Positions 41,070 through 53,229 of a DNA stretch of 64,000 bases are shown one piece after another. Numbering within the stretch: position 1 is the stretch's first letter; each line of letters begins with the position of its first letter. The notes under the pieces are model-generated. The model ran no database searches and was not told where the DNA came from. It saw only the letters and a list, made by a program, of their open reading frames with translations. A program made the translations under genes and the position numbers. Origin of the DNA: an uncultured delta proteobacterium (GTDB taxonomy: Bacteria > Myxococcota_A > Polyangia > Fen-1088); NCBI GenBank assembly GCA_963796685.1, contig CAWCMR010000008.1, forward strand, positions 416,001 through 480,000, given 5' to 3'.

Positions 41070-41132
41070 CGCTTCCTCCGTACATTCAACCTATTACGTG
41101 CCTGTTATCTTAATTTGACCGAACGGAAATGC

Positions 41133-41159
41133 AGTGACCCGTGCGCTCTGCGCGGCTCA
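41133..41159 (-). promoter_or_regulatory. Variant ECF promoter motif upstream of the PL11 gene
   Basis: TGAGCCG-N13-GGTCACT, 64 bp before the ATG; spacer is 2 bp shorter than consensus. Confidence 0.4.
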
Positions 41160-42391
41160 CTCCCGACGTCGATATCTCGACCCCGTGTCCCTCGTCGCGG
41201 TTTGACCCTAATGCCGCCATGGAAACCGCCCTATTCCCGTCAGGCAACTTTCACGGCCCGGATCCGAGAACCCTTGGCATGCGCGACACACAGTCCTCCC
41301 CCAGCCAAGCAACCCTTCCGGCCCTTCAAGCCCCGGCCTTGCACGCCCCGGCCTTGCACGCGATAATCGGCCAGGCTCCCGCGCTTCGCCTCGTCCTCGG
41401 CCAGGCCGCACGTGTTGCACGCACACGCTTTCCCGTCCTGGTCACGGGGGAAAGCGGTACCGGCAAGGAGCTGCTCGCCCGCGCCTTGCACGACATGAGC
41501 CCGGTCGCATCCGGACCGTTCGTGGCCGTGAACTGTGGCGCCCTATCACGTGAGCTGGCCGAGAGCGAGCTCTTCGGACACGAGCGCGGCGCTTTCACCG
41601 GCGCCGGCGCACGCAAGCTGGGTTGGTTCGAAGAGGCCACAGGTGGCACCCTGGTGCTCGACGAGATCGGCGAGCTGCCCATCGATTTGCAACCCAAGCT
41701 TCTGCGTGTGCTCGAAACCGGCCGCCTGCGCCGGCTGGGTGGGCAAGGCGAGATCGCCGTCAACGCGAGAGTCGTGGCGCTCACCCTGCGCGATCTGCGC
41801 CGCGATGCCAGCCGCGGCCTCTTCCGTCTCGACCTCTACCATCGTCTGGCGGGGTGCGAGTTACGCATGCCCACCCTGCGCGAACGGCGCAGCGACATCG
41901 TCCTTTTGGTCGAGCACTTTCTCGCCGAGCTCGCGCCCGAGCTTGGCCCGCGCACCATCGAGGCGGAAGCCATGGCGCGCCTTTTGGCGCACGATTGGCC
42001 AGGCAACGTGCGCGAGCTGCGCAACACCCTGAGACGGGCGGCCGCGCTCAGCGATACCGTCATCGACGGCTTCGCGCTCGAGAGCGAGGCGTCGATCGCT
42101 CCGCCATCGGCCTGCGAGATTCGGCTCGCCTCGCACGCCGCGGACGCGCCGTCGGTCATGCCACCGGCAGCAGCCCTACGCGCGCGTTTGCCGACGGGTG
42201 GCGGCGAGGACGTTCTTTTCCTCGCGGGCAAGACTTTCGAAGAAATGCAAAATACCATCTTCGTTTGGGCTTTGCGGCGAAGTCGCGGCAGCCGCAGGCA
42301 GGCCGCCAAGTCCCTCGGTGTCTCGCGCTCGACCTTTTGCGACCGCGTCCGCAGGCTCGGGCTGGCCGAGGCCGACAAACAGCTCCGCTAG
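41141..42391 (+). CDS. Sigma-54 enhancer-binding protein (AAA+ and Fis HTH) without recognisable input domain; true start probably further downstream
   Basis: [29 protein letters not shown]-terminal [11 protein letters not shown]. Confidence 0.88.
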   Translation: MRSARLTPDVDISTPCPSSRFDPNAAMETALFPSGNFHGPDPRTLGMRDTQSSPSQATLPALQAPALHAPALHAIIGQAPALRLVLGQAARVARTRFPVLVTGESGTGKELLARALHDMSPVASGPFVAVNCGALSRELAESELFGHERGAFTGAGARKLGWFEEATGGTLVLDEIGELPIDLQPKLLRVLETGRLRRLGGQGEIAVNARVVALTLRDLRRDASRGLFRLDLYHRLAGCELRMPTLRERRSDIVLLVEHFLAELAPELGPRTIEAEAMARLLAHDWPGNVRELRNTLRRAAALSDTVIDGFALESEASIAPPSACEIRLASHAADAPSVMPPAAALRARLPTGGGEDVLFLAGKTFEEMQNTIFVWALRRSRGSRRQAAKSLGVSRSTFCDRVRRLGLAEADKQLR

Positions 42392-42465
42392 CAAACATCA
42401 ACCACGCACCCATCCGCACTCAAGCCGCCGTCGTCTCATGCCGATGGAGACAGCGGATGTGACCC

Positions 42466-44335
<1,870 letters not shown>

Positions 44336-44349
<14 letters not shown>

Positions 44350-46999
44350 TCCACCCGAGCCGCTCGATATCGCAGGCCCCGGCCCACGTCACGTCGCCGC
44401 GAGCCTGTTCGAGTTCCTGCCCCTCGGCATCGTGGTGGAGGACACCAGGGGCGAGATCCTCGAGGCCAACAAGGCCGCGCAGCAGTTGCTCGGATTGGTC
44501 GTCGACAGCGACAGCAGGCCCCAGTTCCTGGACTGCGAGGGATCCCCGCTGCCCCCGGGGGAACACCCCAGCACGCGTGCGATGCGAGACCACTCCGTGC
44601 TGGCCGACGAACAGATTGGCGTGGCCGGCCCCGACGGAGCGCCCGTTTGGTTCCAGGTGACCGCCACGCCCCTGCCCGGCGTGGGCGTGGTGACGACCTA
44701 CCACGACGTCACCCAGGGCCGTCGGACCGAGGAAGACCTGCGCCACCACATCGACCAGCTCGATGCGTTCTTCGATACCAACCTGGATCTGCTTGCGATC
44801 CTCAACAGTCAAGGCCAAGCCGTCCGCCTTAACCCCGCCTGGGGCACGCTGCTCGGCTACGACCTCGAACAACTCGACGGCGCGCGTGTGCTCGACTTCA
44901 CCCACCCGAGCGACATGGAGGCCACCCTGGGCGCGCTGGCGCGCCTGCGTACGCGCAAAGAAGTGGTCGCGTTCGTCAGTCGCATGCGCCACCGCAAGGG
45001 AAGCTATCGCTTCCTCGAGTGGCGGGCCACCGCGGGCGAGGATCTGATCTACGCCACGGCCCGCGACATCACCGATCAGCGGTTGGCCGAAGCAGCCCTA
45101 CGCGAGAGCGAGATGCGATTCCGCGCCATCTTCGAACAAGCTACCGTCGGGGTCGCCGAGGCCGACGCCGAGACCGGGCGTTACCTGCGGATCAACCAGC
45201 GCTTTTGCGACATCCTGGGTTTTTCCCAGGACGAGCTGCTGTCGAGTGGTCTCGACAGCCTCGCCCATCCCAAGGATTCGCCGCACGACCTGGCGATCTT
45301 GAAAGGGTTCCAGGACCCACTGACAGACGATGCGGGATACGAAAAACGCTGCCTGCACAAGGATGGGCACACGGTCTGGATCAACTTGCAGGTCAAGGCC
45401 CTCAGCGAGCCGAACGTTCCCGCGCGCCACATCGTGGTGGTGATCGAGGACATCTCGTCACGCAAGGAGACCGACGAGCTTCTGCGCAGAAGCCTGGCCG
45501 ACGTCATCGAAACCAACCAGCGCCTGAATTTTCAGATTACGCGCATGCCGCTCGGGTACATCGCCTGGGATCTGGAGTTCCGGGTCACGGTCTGGAACAC
45601 GTCGGCCGAGCGCATCTTCGGATACCCGGCAAGCGAGGCCGTGGGGAGACACGTCTACCAGCTCGTGGTTCCGCCCGACGAGCGGGCCAAGACGACACGG
45701 TTTTGGGACTCCGTCGTCAACGACCGCGACAGCCATGCCATCTTGGACAATTGTACACGTGACGGCAGGCGCATGACCTGCGAGTGGTTCGGCGCACCGG
45801 ACGTCGATGCCAGCGGCCGGATCGTCGGCTGCCTGTCGATGGTTCACGACATCACCGAGCGACTGCGCGTCGAGGAGAAGGTGCTCCATTCGCAGCGCAT
45901 GGAAAGCCTGGGCAGCTTCGCGGGCGGTGTCGCGCACGACACGAACAACGTTCTTCGCATCATCATGGACTTGGCCGGCGCAACCCGACTCTCCACGCCG
46001 GACGCCGAAACATTGGGCAAGCGCATGGACAAGGTCCTGCAGGCGTGCGCGCGGGGCAGAACCCTGGTTCGCGGGTTGCTCGATTTCTCGCGCCAGGATC
46101 TCCCCGAAACGTCCACCCTGGACTTGAACGACATTCTCGAGGAGCAGGTGCGATTCCTCGATCGGTCGATTCCATCGAGCATCCGCGTACAGCGGGAGCT
46201 GGATGGCAAGTTGCGCCCCCTGCGCGGCGACGCCTTCACGCTCAGTGGTGCCATCATGCACCTCTTGATGAATGCCCTCGACGCCATGCCTGACGGCGGC
46301 CTTCTGACCTTGCGCACGCGCATGCAAGGGGAGTCCATCGTGCAGCTCGACGTGGAGGACACCGGGTGTGGCATGGGCAAGGAAGTCCTCGAAAAGGCCA
46401 TGGAGCCCTTCTTCACGACCAAGCCGCAAGGCAAGGGCGCCGGGCTCGGTTTGCCCGCGGTCTACGGCGCGGTCAAGGCCCACAAGGGTTCGATGGAGCT
46501 CCACAGCGAGCCCGGACGCGGCACGCAGGTCCACCTCACCCTGCCCGTCTCGCCAGAGCAGGTGGAAGCCCCGACGGTTGCGGGCGACAAGGCTGCAGGC
46601 GCGTCGGGCTTGCGCATCCTGCTCGTCGACGATGACAACCTGGTCCAGACCGCCGTGTGCGCGCAACTACGCAGGCTTGGGCACTCGGTCGTCATCGCCA
46701 ACCATGGCCAAGAGGCGCTCGACAAACTGCAAGACGGGCTTGCGCTCGACCTCGTCCTGCTCGACATCGACATGCCGGTGTTGAGCGGAGGGGAAACCTT
46801 GCCTTGCTTGCGCGCGCTCCGGCCAGCGCTTCCCGTCATCATCGAGACTGGGAACATGGGCCCGCAAGTCGAGCAACTCGCGCGCGCCTTCGCCGATGTG
46901 TCGGTGTTAGGGCGCCCCTTCAGCCTGAGCGAGCTCAAGGCGGCGCTCGAGCCGTGGGTCGAGCGATTCCGCGCCCAGGCGGGTACGGCGCAGTCCTGA
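44336..46999 (+). CDS. Multi-PAS hybrid histidine kinase
   Basis: About four PAS/PAC repeats; GVAHDTNN; PFFTTK..GAGLGL; C-terminal REC. Confidence 0.9.
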
Positions 47000-47040
47000 T
47001 GGCAATCCTCGCGCACGGGTGCTGAACAGAAGAGGCGGAC

Positions 47041-47215
47041 TCTAAGGAAGCCAGGAAGCCAGGAACGGGTGGTCTGGCCGTTGGGAGGCAATGACACGCT
47101 TGATTTCGAGCGTTGGCTTGGCGAAGCTCAAGATCAAGCTCGAGGCCCACCTGCCTGTCCTGTTGGGAGTAGGACCGCCTGTTCTCTTTCTTCCTGCTTT
47201 CCTGGCTTCCTTAGA
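47041..47215 (-). mobile_element. Inverted-repeat-bounded element carrying a degenerate GxxExxY gene 3' remnant
   Basis: tctaaggaagccaggaagccaggaa and ttcctgctttcctggcttccttaga are near-perfect IRs; minus strand encodes RSY..RQVGL / LILSFAKPTLEIKRVI. Confidence 0.65.
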
Positions 47216-47384
47216 CATTATCGGTCACGGGCCTTGGGGGAGTGCGTGGCTGACCCCCGAATCAGTTTGGCCCCCCGTGCACAAGGCGCTTCACTTCTTC
47301 GCGATTCGGACGATGATCCACGGAAAGAGCTCCCCTTTTCAGGTCGATGAGGACGGTTTCGTGATGCTACCCGGAGAGAAACAG

Positions 47385-47804
47385 ATGCGAATACTCGTCG
47401 TGGAAGACGATAGGACCAGCCGTCTTCTGCTCACAAAGATGCTCGAGCCGTTTGGAAGCTGCGCCGTGGCCGTGAACGGCAAAGAGGCGGTCGAGGCGTT
47501 TCGGAACGCCCAGGAATCCGGCGAGCCTTACGCCCTTGTGTGCCTGGACATCATGATGCCCGAGATGGACGGACAGGAAGCGTTGCGGGCGATGCGGGCC
47601 GAGGAAGATGCTCGTTCGCTCCCGCCCAGTCGGGCCGCGAAGATCGTCATGACCACCGCTCTGCGCGATCTCGACAACGTCACCAATGCCTATCGCGAGC
47701 TGTGCGACGGCTACCTGGTCAAGCCTATCCTGCGCGACAAACTGGTGGCCCTGCTCAAAGAGCTCGATCTCCTCACCCTGCGCGAGGACCACCTCGCTCA
47801 TTGA
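47385..47804 (+). CDS. Single-domain response regulator (CheY-like)
   Basis: MRILVVEDD, LDIMMPEMDG, MTTA, LVKP. Confidence 0.92.
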   Translation: MRILVVEDDRTSRLLLTKMLEPFGSCAVAVNGKEAVEAFRNAQESGEPYALVCLDIMMPEMDGQEALRAMRAEEDARSLPPSRAAKIVMTTALRDLDNVTNAYRELCDGYLVKPILRDKLVALLKELDLLTLREDHLAH

Positions 47805-48000
47805 GGAAATGACGGCGATCCTGCTTGCCGCCCACATGTAACGGTATCAGGGAGCATGTGGGCGCCATCCCACGCCAACCGCATCCACCTCAATGCATAT
47901 GCCCGGTTGCGCACATAAATTGCTATACTTTTCACTTGGGACAGGCGCGCCGGTGGACAACAGCTCCAAGCGCCTTCTCTCCACCGCGAGGCACAGCTCG

Positions 48001-51000
48001 ATGCCCAATGACCTTACCGCAACCTCAAGACCGCAGAGATATCTCTTGCGCCAATTCACGCGAACATGCTTCGCCGCACTCTCGATGGTCGCAGGGGTCG
48101 CCTGCACCAACGGGACCATCGAGAGTGGAGGCGAGGGAACCGGCAGCACCAGAGCGGGGGGCGCGGGCGGCGGCGGTGGCGGCGGTACCGGTGGTGTCGT
48201 CATCAGCACCTCCGCGGTTGGGTCCACCGGAGGGACCGCCGGATCCTCGGGTATCTGCAACAGCACCAACACCTCGGGCTGTGTCGTGAAGATGCCGGAG
48301 GGCTGCGGCGACGGCATCAACAACCAAAACGGCATCGAGCAGTGCGATGACGGCAATGTGCTGCCCGGCGACGGTTGCAACGGCATCTGCAAAAGCGAGC
48401 CCAATTGGACCTGTCCTCCAGCGGGCAAATGCACGCGCGACATCATCTGTGGCGACGGCGCCATCGGCGCCGGCGAGGTGTGCGACGACGGCAACACCCT
48501 CGACAACGATGGCTGCAATTCCACCTGCACGGTCCAAGACCCGGCCTTCCAGTGCACTGCCGGGCAGCCCTGCGTTCGCACCTCCCAGTGTGGCAACAAG
48601 CGCATCGAAGCCGGGGAGGTTTGTGACGACGGCAATAGCGAAAGCGGGGATGGCTGTAGCGCCGGTTGCCAGCTCGAAGGCGGCTTCGTCTGTCCGACAC
48701 CCGGCTCGCCTTGCAAGCCGGCACCACGGTGCGGTGACGGCGTCGTCCAGTCGTCCAACGGCGAGGCGTGTGACGATGGAAACCAGAAAGACGGCGACGG
48801 TTGCTCGGCCGACTGCAAGAACAAGAGCGCGGGCTGCGTTTGCATCCCCGGACAATTGTGCACGTGCCCGGTCGTCAAGTGCGGCAACGGCACGCTGGAA
48901 GGCAACGAGGCGTGCGACGACGGCAACACGAAGCCGGGCGACGGGTGCTCCGGTACCTGCACCGTCGAGACGGGATATGCCTGCCCCTTCACGAACGCCC
49001 CGTGCGTGTCCGACTGTGGCGACGGCATCGTTTTGAGTCCGTTCGAACAATGCGATCCGGCCGCGCCCGGCACCAACATGGACAAGGCCTGCTCGAGCAC
49101 CTGCAAGTTCAACGACGGCTGGGCCTGCGTCGGCAATCCGCCGAGCTGCCACCAAACCAAGTGCGGCGACGGCAAGGTCGAGGGCTCGGAAGGCTGCGAC
49201 GACGGCAACACCCTTCCCAACGACGGATGCTCGCCCACCTGCCACTTCGAGCCGAACTGCAGCACCACCACCGGACAGTGCACCTCGAAGTGTGGCGACG
49301 GCCTCGTGGTCAACGAGGACTGCGACGACGGCAACACCAACGACGGCGACGGCTGCTCGCACGACTGCAAGGTCGAGCCCGGCTATCAGTGTACCCAGGC
49401 CACCAACACCGCCGACACCATGACCGTGCCCGCCACCTTCAGGGACTTTCTCCTGGGCGGAGACTTTCACAAGGACGACATCACCGGCAGCAACAATGCC
49501 ACCACCGGCCTGGTCAAGAGCACCTTGGACAGCGAGGGCAAGCCCCATTTCGCCGGTGCGCCGGGCGATGGTCACATCGCCAGTGCGGACACCTTCAAGC
49601 AATGGTACCGCGACATCACCGGGACCAACACCACCTTTGTCTCGACGATCCTGTTGCATAACAACGGCAACGGTGGCTTCGTCAATTGGTGGAAGGACGA
49701 CCAACAATGGTCGAGCTACTCCGATGTGCGCTGGTGCTCGGACGGTACGTGCAGCAACTGCAACGCGCCGGCCTATGTCGATGATGGCACCATGAAGTGC
49801 TTTGCTCTGTGCACACCTTGGGGCACCGACAACACCAACCCGTGCGTGGCGAACGTCGCACTGGTTCCCGGAAATCCTCTATTCTTCCCGGTCGACAACC
49901 TCGCCGGAATGATCACACCGACCGCCGACTACGTGGCGGCCAAGACCCCACCCATGTACAGTGGCAACTGGCTCGACGAGCCGGGAACGCCGAAGCACAA
50001 CTTCAGCTTCACCAGCGAGGTCCGCTACTGGTTCAGTTATCTTTCCACGGGAAAGTACACCCTGGATTTCACCGGCGACGACGACGTCTGGGTGTTCGTC
50101 AATCGGCAATTGGTCGTCGACCTGGGTGGCATCCACACGCCGGTCGAAGGAAACCTGGTTTTGAACGCCAACGGCAACGCCTCGGTTACGATCACGCCGA
50201 CGGAAGGCAGCGCCTGCACCACCCCGGGCGTGATTTCGACGTGCAAATCCGTGACCAGCACGGTGAACCTGGGGCTCAAGACCAACAACGTCTACGAAAT
50301 CGCCGTCTTCCAGGCTGAAAGGGCCTGGTACGGCTCGACCTACAAGCTCACGCTCAGCGGCTTCAACGACAAAGCCAGCTCGTGTGGCCCCATCTGCGGC
50401 GACGGCGTGGTGGCGCCCGGCGAGCAATGCGACAACGGCAGCGACCAGAATCTGGGTGGCTACAATCGGTGCACCCCGGACTGCAAGCTAGGCCCCTACT
50501 GCGGCGACGCACAGGTGACGGACTCGGAAGAGTGCGACAACGGCAAGAACACCGATGACTATGGATCGGCCTCCGGCTGTGGCCCCGACTGCAAGGTTCC
50601 GGCCCGCTGCGGCGACGGGAAGATTCAGACCGCCTACGACGAGGAATGCGACGACGGCGACGCGAACTTGGACGGCACGGATCCGAACGTGGCCTATGGC
50701 GGGTGCATGTCGAACTGCAAACGTGGAGGGCGTTGCGGCGACGGGCAGCTCAACGGCAGCGAGACCTGCGATGACGGTGCCAACGACGGTACCTACGGCA
50801 CCTGCAATCCCGACTGCACGGCCGCCCCGCGATGCGGCGACGGCGTGGTTCAGGCCGACTACGGCGAGGAGTGTGAGCCCACCATGTCGGATGACCCGAG
50901 CTGTACCAATGCGTGCCGCAAACCCGGAGGATGCGGCGACGGCAAAATCGAGGCGCCCGAGCAATGCGACGACGGATCGCTCGCCAACAATGGAGACTAC

Positions 51001-51252
51001 GGCGCGTGCGCGCCAAGTTGCATCTACGCCCCCCACTGCGGTGATGGGATCATGCAGGCGGCCTACGAGGAATGCGACGACGGCATCCTGGATAGCTCGT
51101 ACGGCGGCTGCACACCTCAGTGCAAACAAGCTCCTCACTGCGGCGATGGAAACTTGCAGCCCGACCACGAAGAATGCGACCACGGGACCGACAACGGCGT
51201 CGACGGCCTGTGCACCACCGGGTGCAAGTTGATCATCTACGCGCCACCGTAG
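48001..51252 (+). CDS. Myxobacterial Cys-rich repeat (DUF4215-type) protein with fibro-slime domain
   Basis: Many CGDG..ECDDGN..DGC repeats; HNFSFTSE..FTGDDDVWVF..DLGGIH..FQAER. Confidence 0.9.
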   Translation: MPNDLTATSRPQRYLLRQFTRTCFAALSMVAGVACTNGTIESGGEGTGSTRAGGAGGGGGGGTGGVVISTSAVGSTGGTAGSSGICNSTNTSGCVVKMPEGCGDGINNQNGIEQCDDGNVLPGDGCNGICKSEPNWTCPPAGKCTRDIICGDGAIGAGEVCDDGNTLDNDGCNSTCTVQDPAFQCTAGQPCVRTSQCGNKRIEAGEVCDDGNSESGDGCSAGCQLEGGFVCPTPGSPCKPAPRCGDGVVQSSNGEACDDGNQKDGDGCSADCKNKSAGCVCIPGQLCTCPVVKCGNGTLEGNEACDDGNTKPGDGCSGTCTVETGYACPFTNAPCVSDCGDGIVLSPFEQCDPAAPGTNMDKACSSTCKFNDGWACVGNPPSCHQTKCGDGKVEGSEGCDDGNTLPNDGCSPTCHFEPNCSTTTGQCTSKCGDGLVVNEDCDDGNTNDGDGCSHDCKVEPGYQCTQATNTADTMTVPATFRDFLLGGDFHKDDITGSNNATTGLVKSTLDSEGKPHFAGAPGDGHIASADTFKQWYRDITGTNTTFVSTILLHNNGNGGFVNWWKDDQQWSSYSDVRWCSDGTCSNCNAPAYVDDGTMKCFALCTPWGTDNTNPCVANVALVPGNPLFFPVDNLAGMITPTADYVAAKTPPMYSGNWLDEPGTPKHNFSFTSEVRYWFSYLSTGKYTLDFTGDDDVWVFVNRQLVVDLGGIHTPVEGNLVLNANGNASVTITPTEGSACTTPGVISTCKSVTSTVNLGLKTNNVYEIAVFQAERAWYGSTYKLTLSGFNDKASSCGPICGDGVVAPGEQCDNGSDQNLGGYNRCTPDCKLGPYCGDAQVTDSEECDNGKNTDDYGSASGCGPDCKVPARCGDGKIQTAYDEECDDGDANLDGTDPNVAYGGCMSNCKRGGRCGDGQLNGSETCDDGANDGTYGTCNPDCTAAPRCGDGVVQADYGEECEPTMSDDPSCTNACRKPGGCGDGKIEAPEQCDDGSLANNGDYGACAPSCIYAPHCGDGIMQAAYEECDDGILDSSYGGCTPQCKQAPHCGDGNLQPDHEECDHGTDNGVDGLCTTGCKLIIYAPP

Positions 51253-51390
51253 GCGCTGGGCGCGCTCAAGGCCCGCGGGCCGCGCGCGTGCGCAGCGAGG
51301 GACCGACGCAGCTCCGATACCTGTCAGCTTGCGACGCGTCGAAAGCTTCAGACCCGCTCACGGACGAAACCACGACACGAAAATCGTGGC

Positions 51391-51442
51391 GTCCGAAAGG
51401 CCATTGCCTCGTGTCTCGCGACCTTGGCATGGCCTTTCGGAC
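51391..51442 (-). terminator. Long hairpin immediately downstream of csp
   Basis: gtccgaaaggccat ... atggcctttcggac, a 14-bp perfect stem between convergent genes. Confidence 0.55.
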
Positions 51443-51451
51443 ACGACAGGG

Positions 51452-51646
51452 CTAGACGACCTTCACGCCGCTGGCCTGGGGCCCCTTCTTTCCTTCGACA
51501 ACGTCGAATTCGACCTTGGACCCCTCCTGAATCACCGAGCCGCCGAGATCATTGGCGTGGACGAAAACGTCCTTGCCGCCACTGTCCGGCGTGATGAATC
51601 CAAAACCCTTTGCCGTGTTGAAGAACTTGACCGTACCTTTTTGCAT
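51452..51646 (-). CDS. csp: Cold-shock protein (CspA family)
   Basis: GTVKFFN..KGFGFI..DVFVH RNP1/RNP2 motifs. Confidence 0.96.
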   Translation of the reverse strand: MQKGTVKFFNTAKGFGFITPDSGGKDVFVHANDLGGSVIQEGSKVEFDVVEGKKGPQASGVKVV

Positions 51647-51818
51647 TTACCTTTTCCCTTACTCGCCTCCCACCGTGGGAGGCATCGTGCCGCAAAAATC
51701 CGGACCGAAGGCCCGGGCGGCGAGCAAGTGTACACGGCAAATCGTCCGAACAAGGGATTTTTGACGAAATCTTATGGCGCACGATGACATAACCGGCCGC
51801 GCAAGGTGCGAACCGCGT

Positions 51819-52787
51819 TCAAGTCCGCGGCGGAACGAGCGCCGCGGCGGGTACCAGCTGGGGCGCCTTCTTACCCGTGGGCCGATGACGAAGGAAGTAC
51901 AGGCCCGCCTGGGCACCGAACTTCGCGCGCTTGAGCAACGGCAGCCCCTCCAGGCCGGGCCAGAACAGGTTGCAGGTGTCGCAGGGGTGGATTTCATTGC
52001 GCCTGCCGCTCCAGTGCATCTCACGATACTTGGCCGCGACGGAGCCACGGTAGACTTCCAAGATCGGCTGCTTGTTGACGTCACCCCAGCTGTATTCGCC
52101 GTCCTGATCCATGCAACAAAGGGTGACCGTGCCGTTCGAGAGGATATCCAGCCGATCCATGTGCTCGCAGGGATAGTTCGGTATGGGTAGGTTGCTCTGG
52201 ATGTCGCCCTTGTAGTTGAACAGGCCGGAGATGAAGGGCTTGACGTCCAGCTCTCTGCATAGAGCGAGGAATTTCTCCTGTTCCTCCAGCGACGTATCCG
52301 ACACGCGAACCATGCGCACCGTGATCTGGCGCGCCAGGCGATGGCGCCGAATGGGATCGGTTGCGTAGCGCAGGTTGTTCAAGGTGCGCTCGAGACTGAG
52401 GCCCATCACCGCCTTGTAGCGCACCGGGTCAGTGGTGTTCAGGCTGATGAAGAGGTGATCGATGCCGAAGTCGGTCATGGCATCAACACGCTCCGGCAGC
52501 ATGCCGAAGCCGTTGGTGTACAAACGCAGCTTGGTCTTGGGCAGCCGCTGGTGAATCATCTCGAGGCGTGGAAGAATCTTGGGGTCGGAAAAAGGATCGC
52601 CCTGCAGAAAGGGCTCTATGGCCGGCAGAGGAAACTCGCGGCACTGCTCGATGATGCTTTCGAACAGCTCGTCGGTCATGTGCCTCTTGCCGCGCTTGAG
52701 CGTGTCGTTCGGACAAAAAACGCACTTGGCGCTGCAGAAGCTGGTGGTTTCGACGGCAACGAGCCGGGGAAATTGCGCAGGATTCAT
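51819..52787 (-). CDS. Radical SAM/SPASM domain protein
   Basis: CSAKCVFC; C-terminal PC..LCCMD..PCDTC. Confidence 0.88.
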   Translation of the reverse strand: MNPAQFPRLVAVETTSFCSAKCVFCPNDTLKRGKRHMTDELFESIIEQCREFPLPAIEPFLQGDPFSDPKILPRLEMIHQRLPKTKLRLYTNGFGMLPERVDAMTDFGIDHLFISLNTTDPVRYKAVMGLSLERTLNNLRYATDPIRRHRLARQITVRMVRVSDTSLEEQEKFLALCRELDVKPFISGLFNYKGDIQSNLPIPNYPCEHMDRLDILSNGTVTLCCMDQDGEYSWGDVNKQPILEVYRGSVAAKYREMHWSGRRNEIHPCDTCNLFWPGLEGLPLLKRAKFGAQAGLYFLRHRPTGKKAPQLVPAAALVPPRT

Positions 52788-53016
52788 CGGTGTACTTGGA
52801 TGCTGGCTGGCCCAAATGGATTCGGCGCCACGGCTTGCCGCAGGCGGACAGGCCCGATCTCGGCGGTGGACACCCGGCAGCCGTGCCAAGCGCCAAGGTC
52901 GGAGCCTCGTGCGTGCACCCTCGCGGATCCCTAATCCCACGACAAGCGCAGTCGCGGAAGGCGGCAGAAAGAGACACCTTTCCACGATGGATGCTCGCAC
53001 CCAATCGGAACGGCGA

Positions 53017-53147
53017 GTGGTGGTCGTAGGTCGTAGTCGTCCCCGTGGCCGTAGGCGTCTTCGCCGTCGTGGCCGACGAAGATCACTCCGGCCACGGCCA
53101 CGGCCACGACCACGGCCACGACCTCCCGCGCCTATCGCGGGATTATG
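53017..53147. repeat. Hexamer (GGCCAC/GACCAC) imperfect inverted repeat plus hairpin; dispersed repeat copy A
   Basis: cggccacggccacggccacgaccacggccacgacc faces gtggtcgt/gtggccgt runs; 53110-53147 matches 60205-60242 at 37/38 nt. Confidence 0.75.
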
Positions 53148-53229
53148 GAGGATCCCGCAGCTTGCCCCAAAATCCCTGCAGTGCTAAGAAACGGCGCGAA
53201 GGAAGCATTTTTCATCAAAGGAGATTCTC

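Noticed and set aside
47091-47384. N-terminal extension of the response regulator ORF
   Set aside because: Runs through the IR element; the REC domain starts at ATG 47385 with an RBS.
47837-47865. TGTAACGG upstream of the fibro-slime gene
   Set aside because: Lacks GCATC at the 16-nt spacing.
48300-51230. Recurrent tgcggcgacggc / tgcgacgacggc repeats
   Set aside because: Coding repeats of the Cys-rich protein, not a DNA-level element.
53191-53207. GG-N10-GC sigma-54-like site before the radical SAM gene
   Set aside because: Poor match to TGGCAC-N5-TTGC; expected by chance at this GC content.
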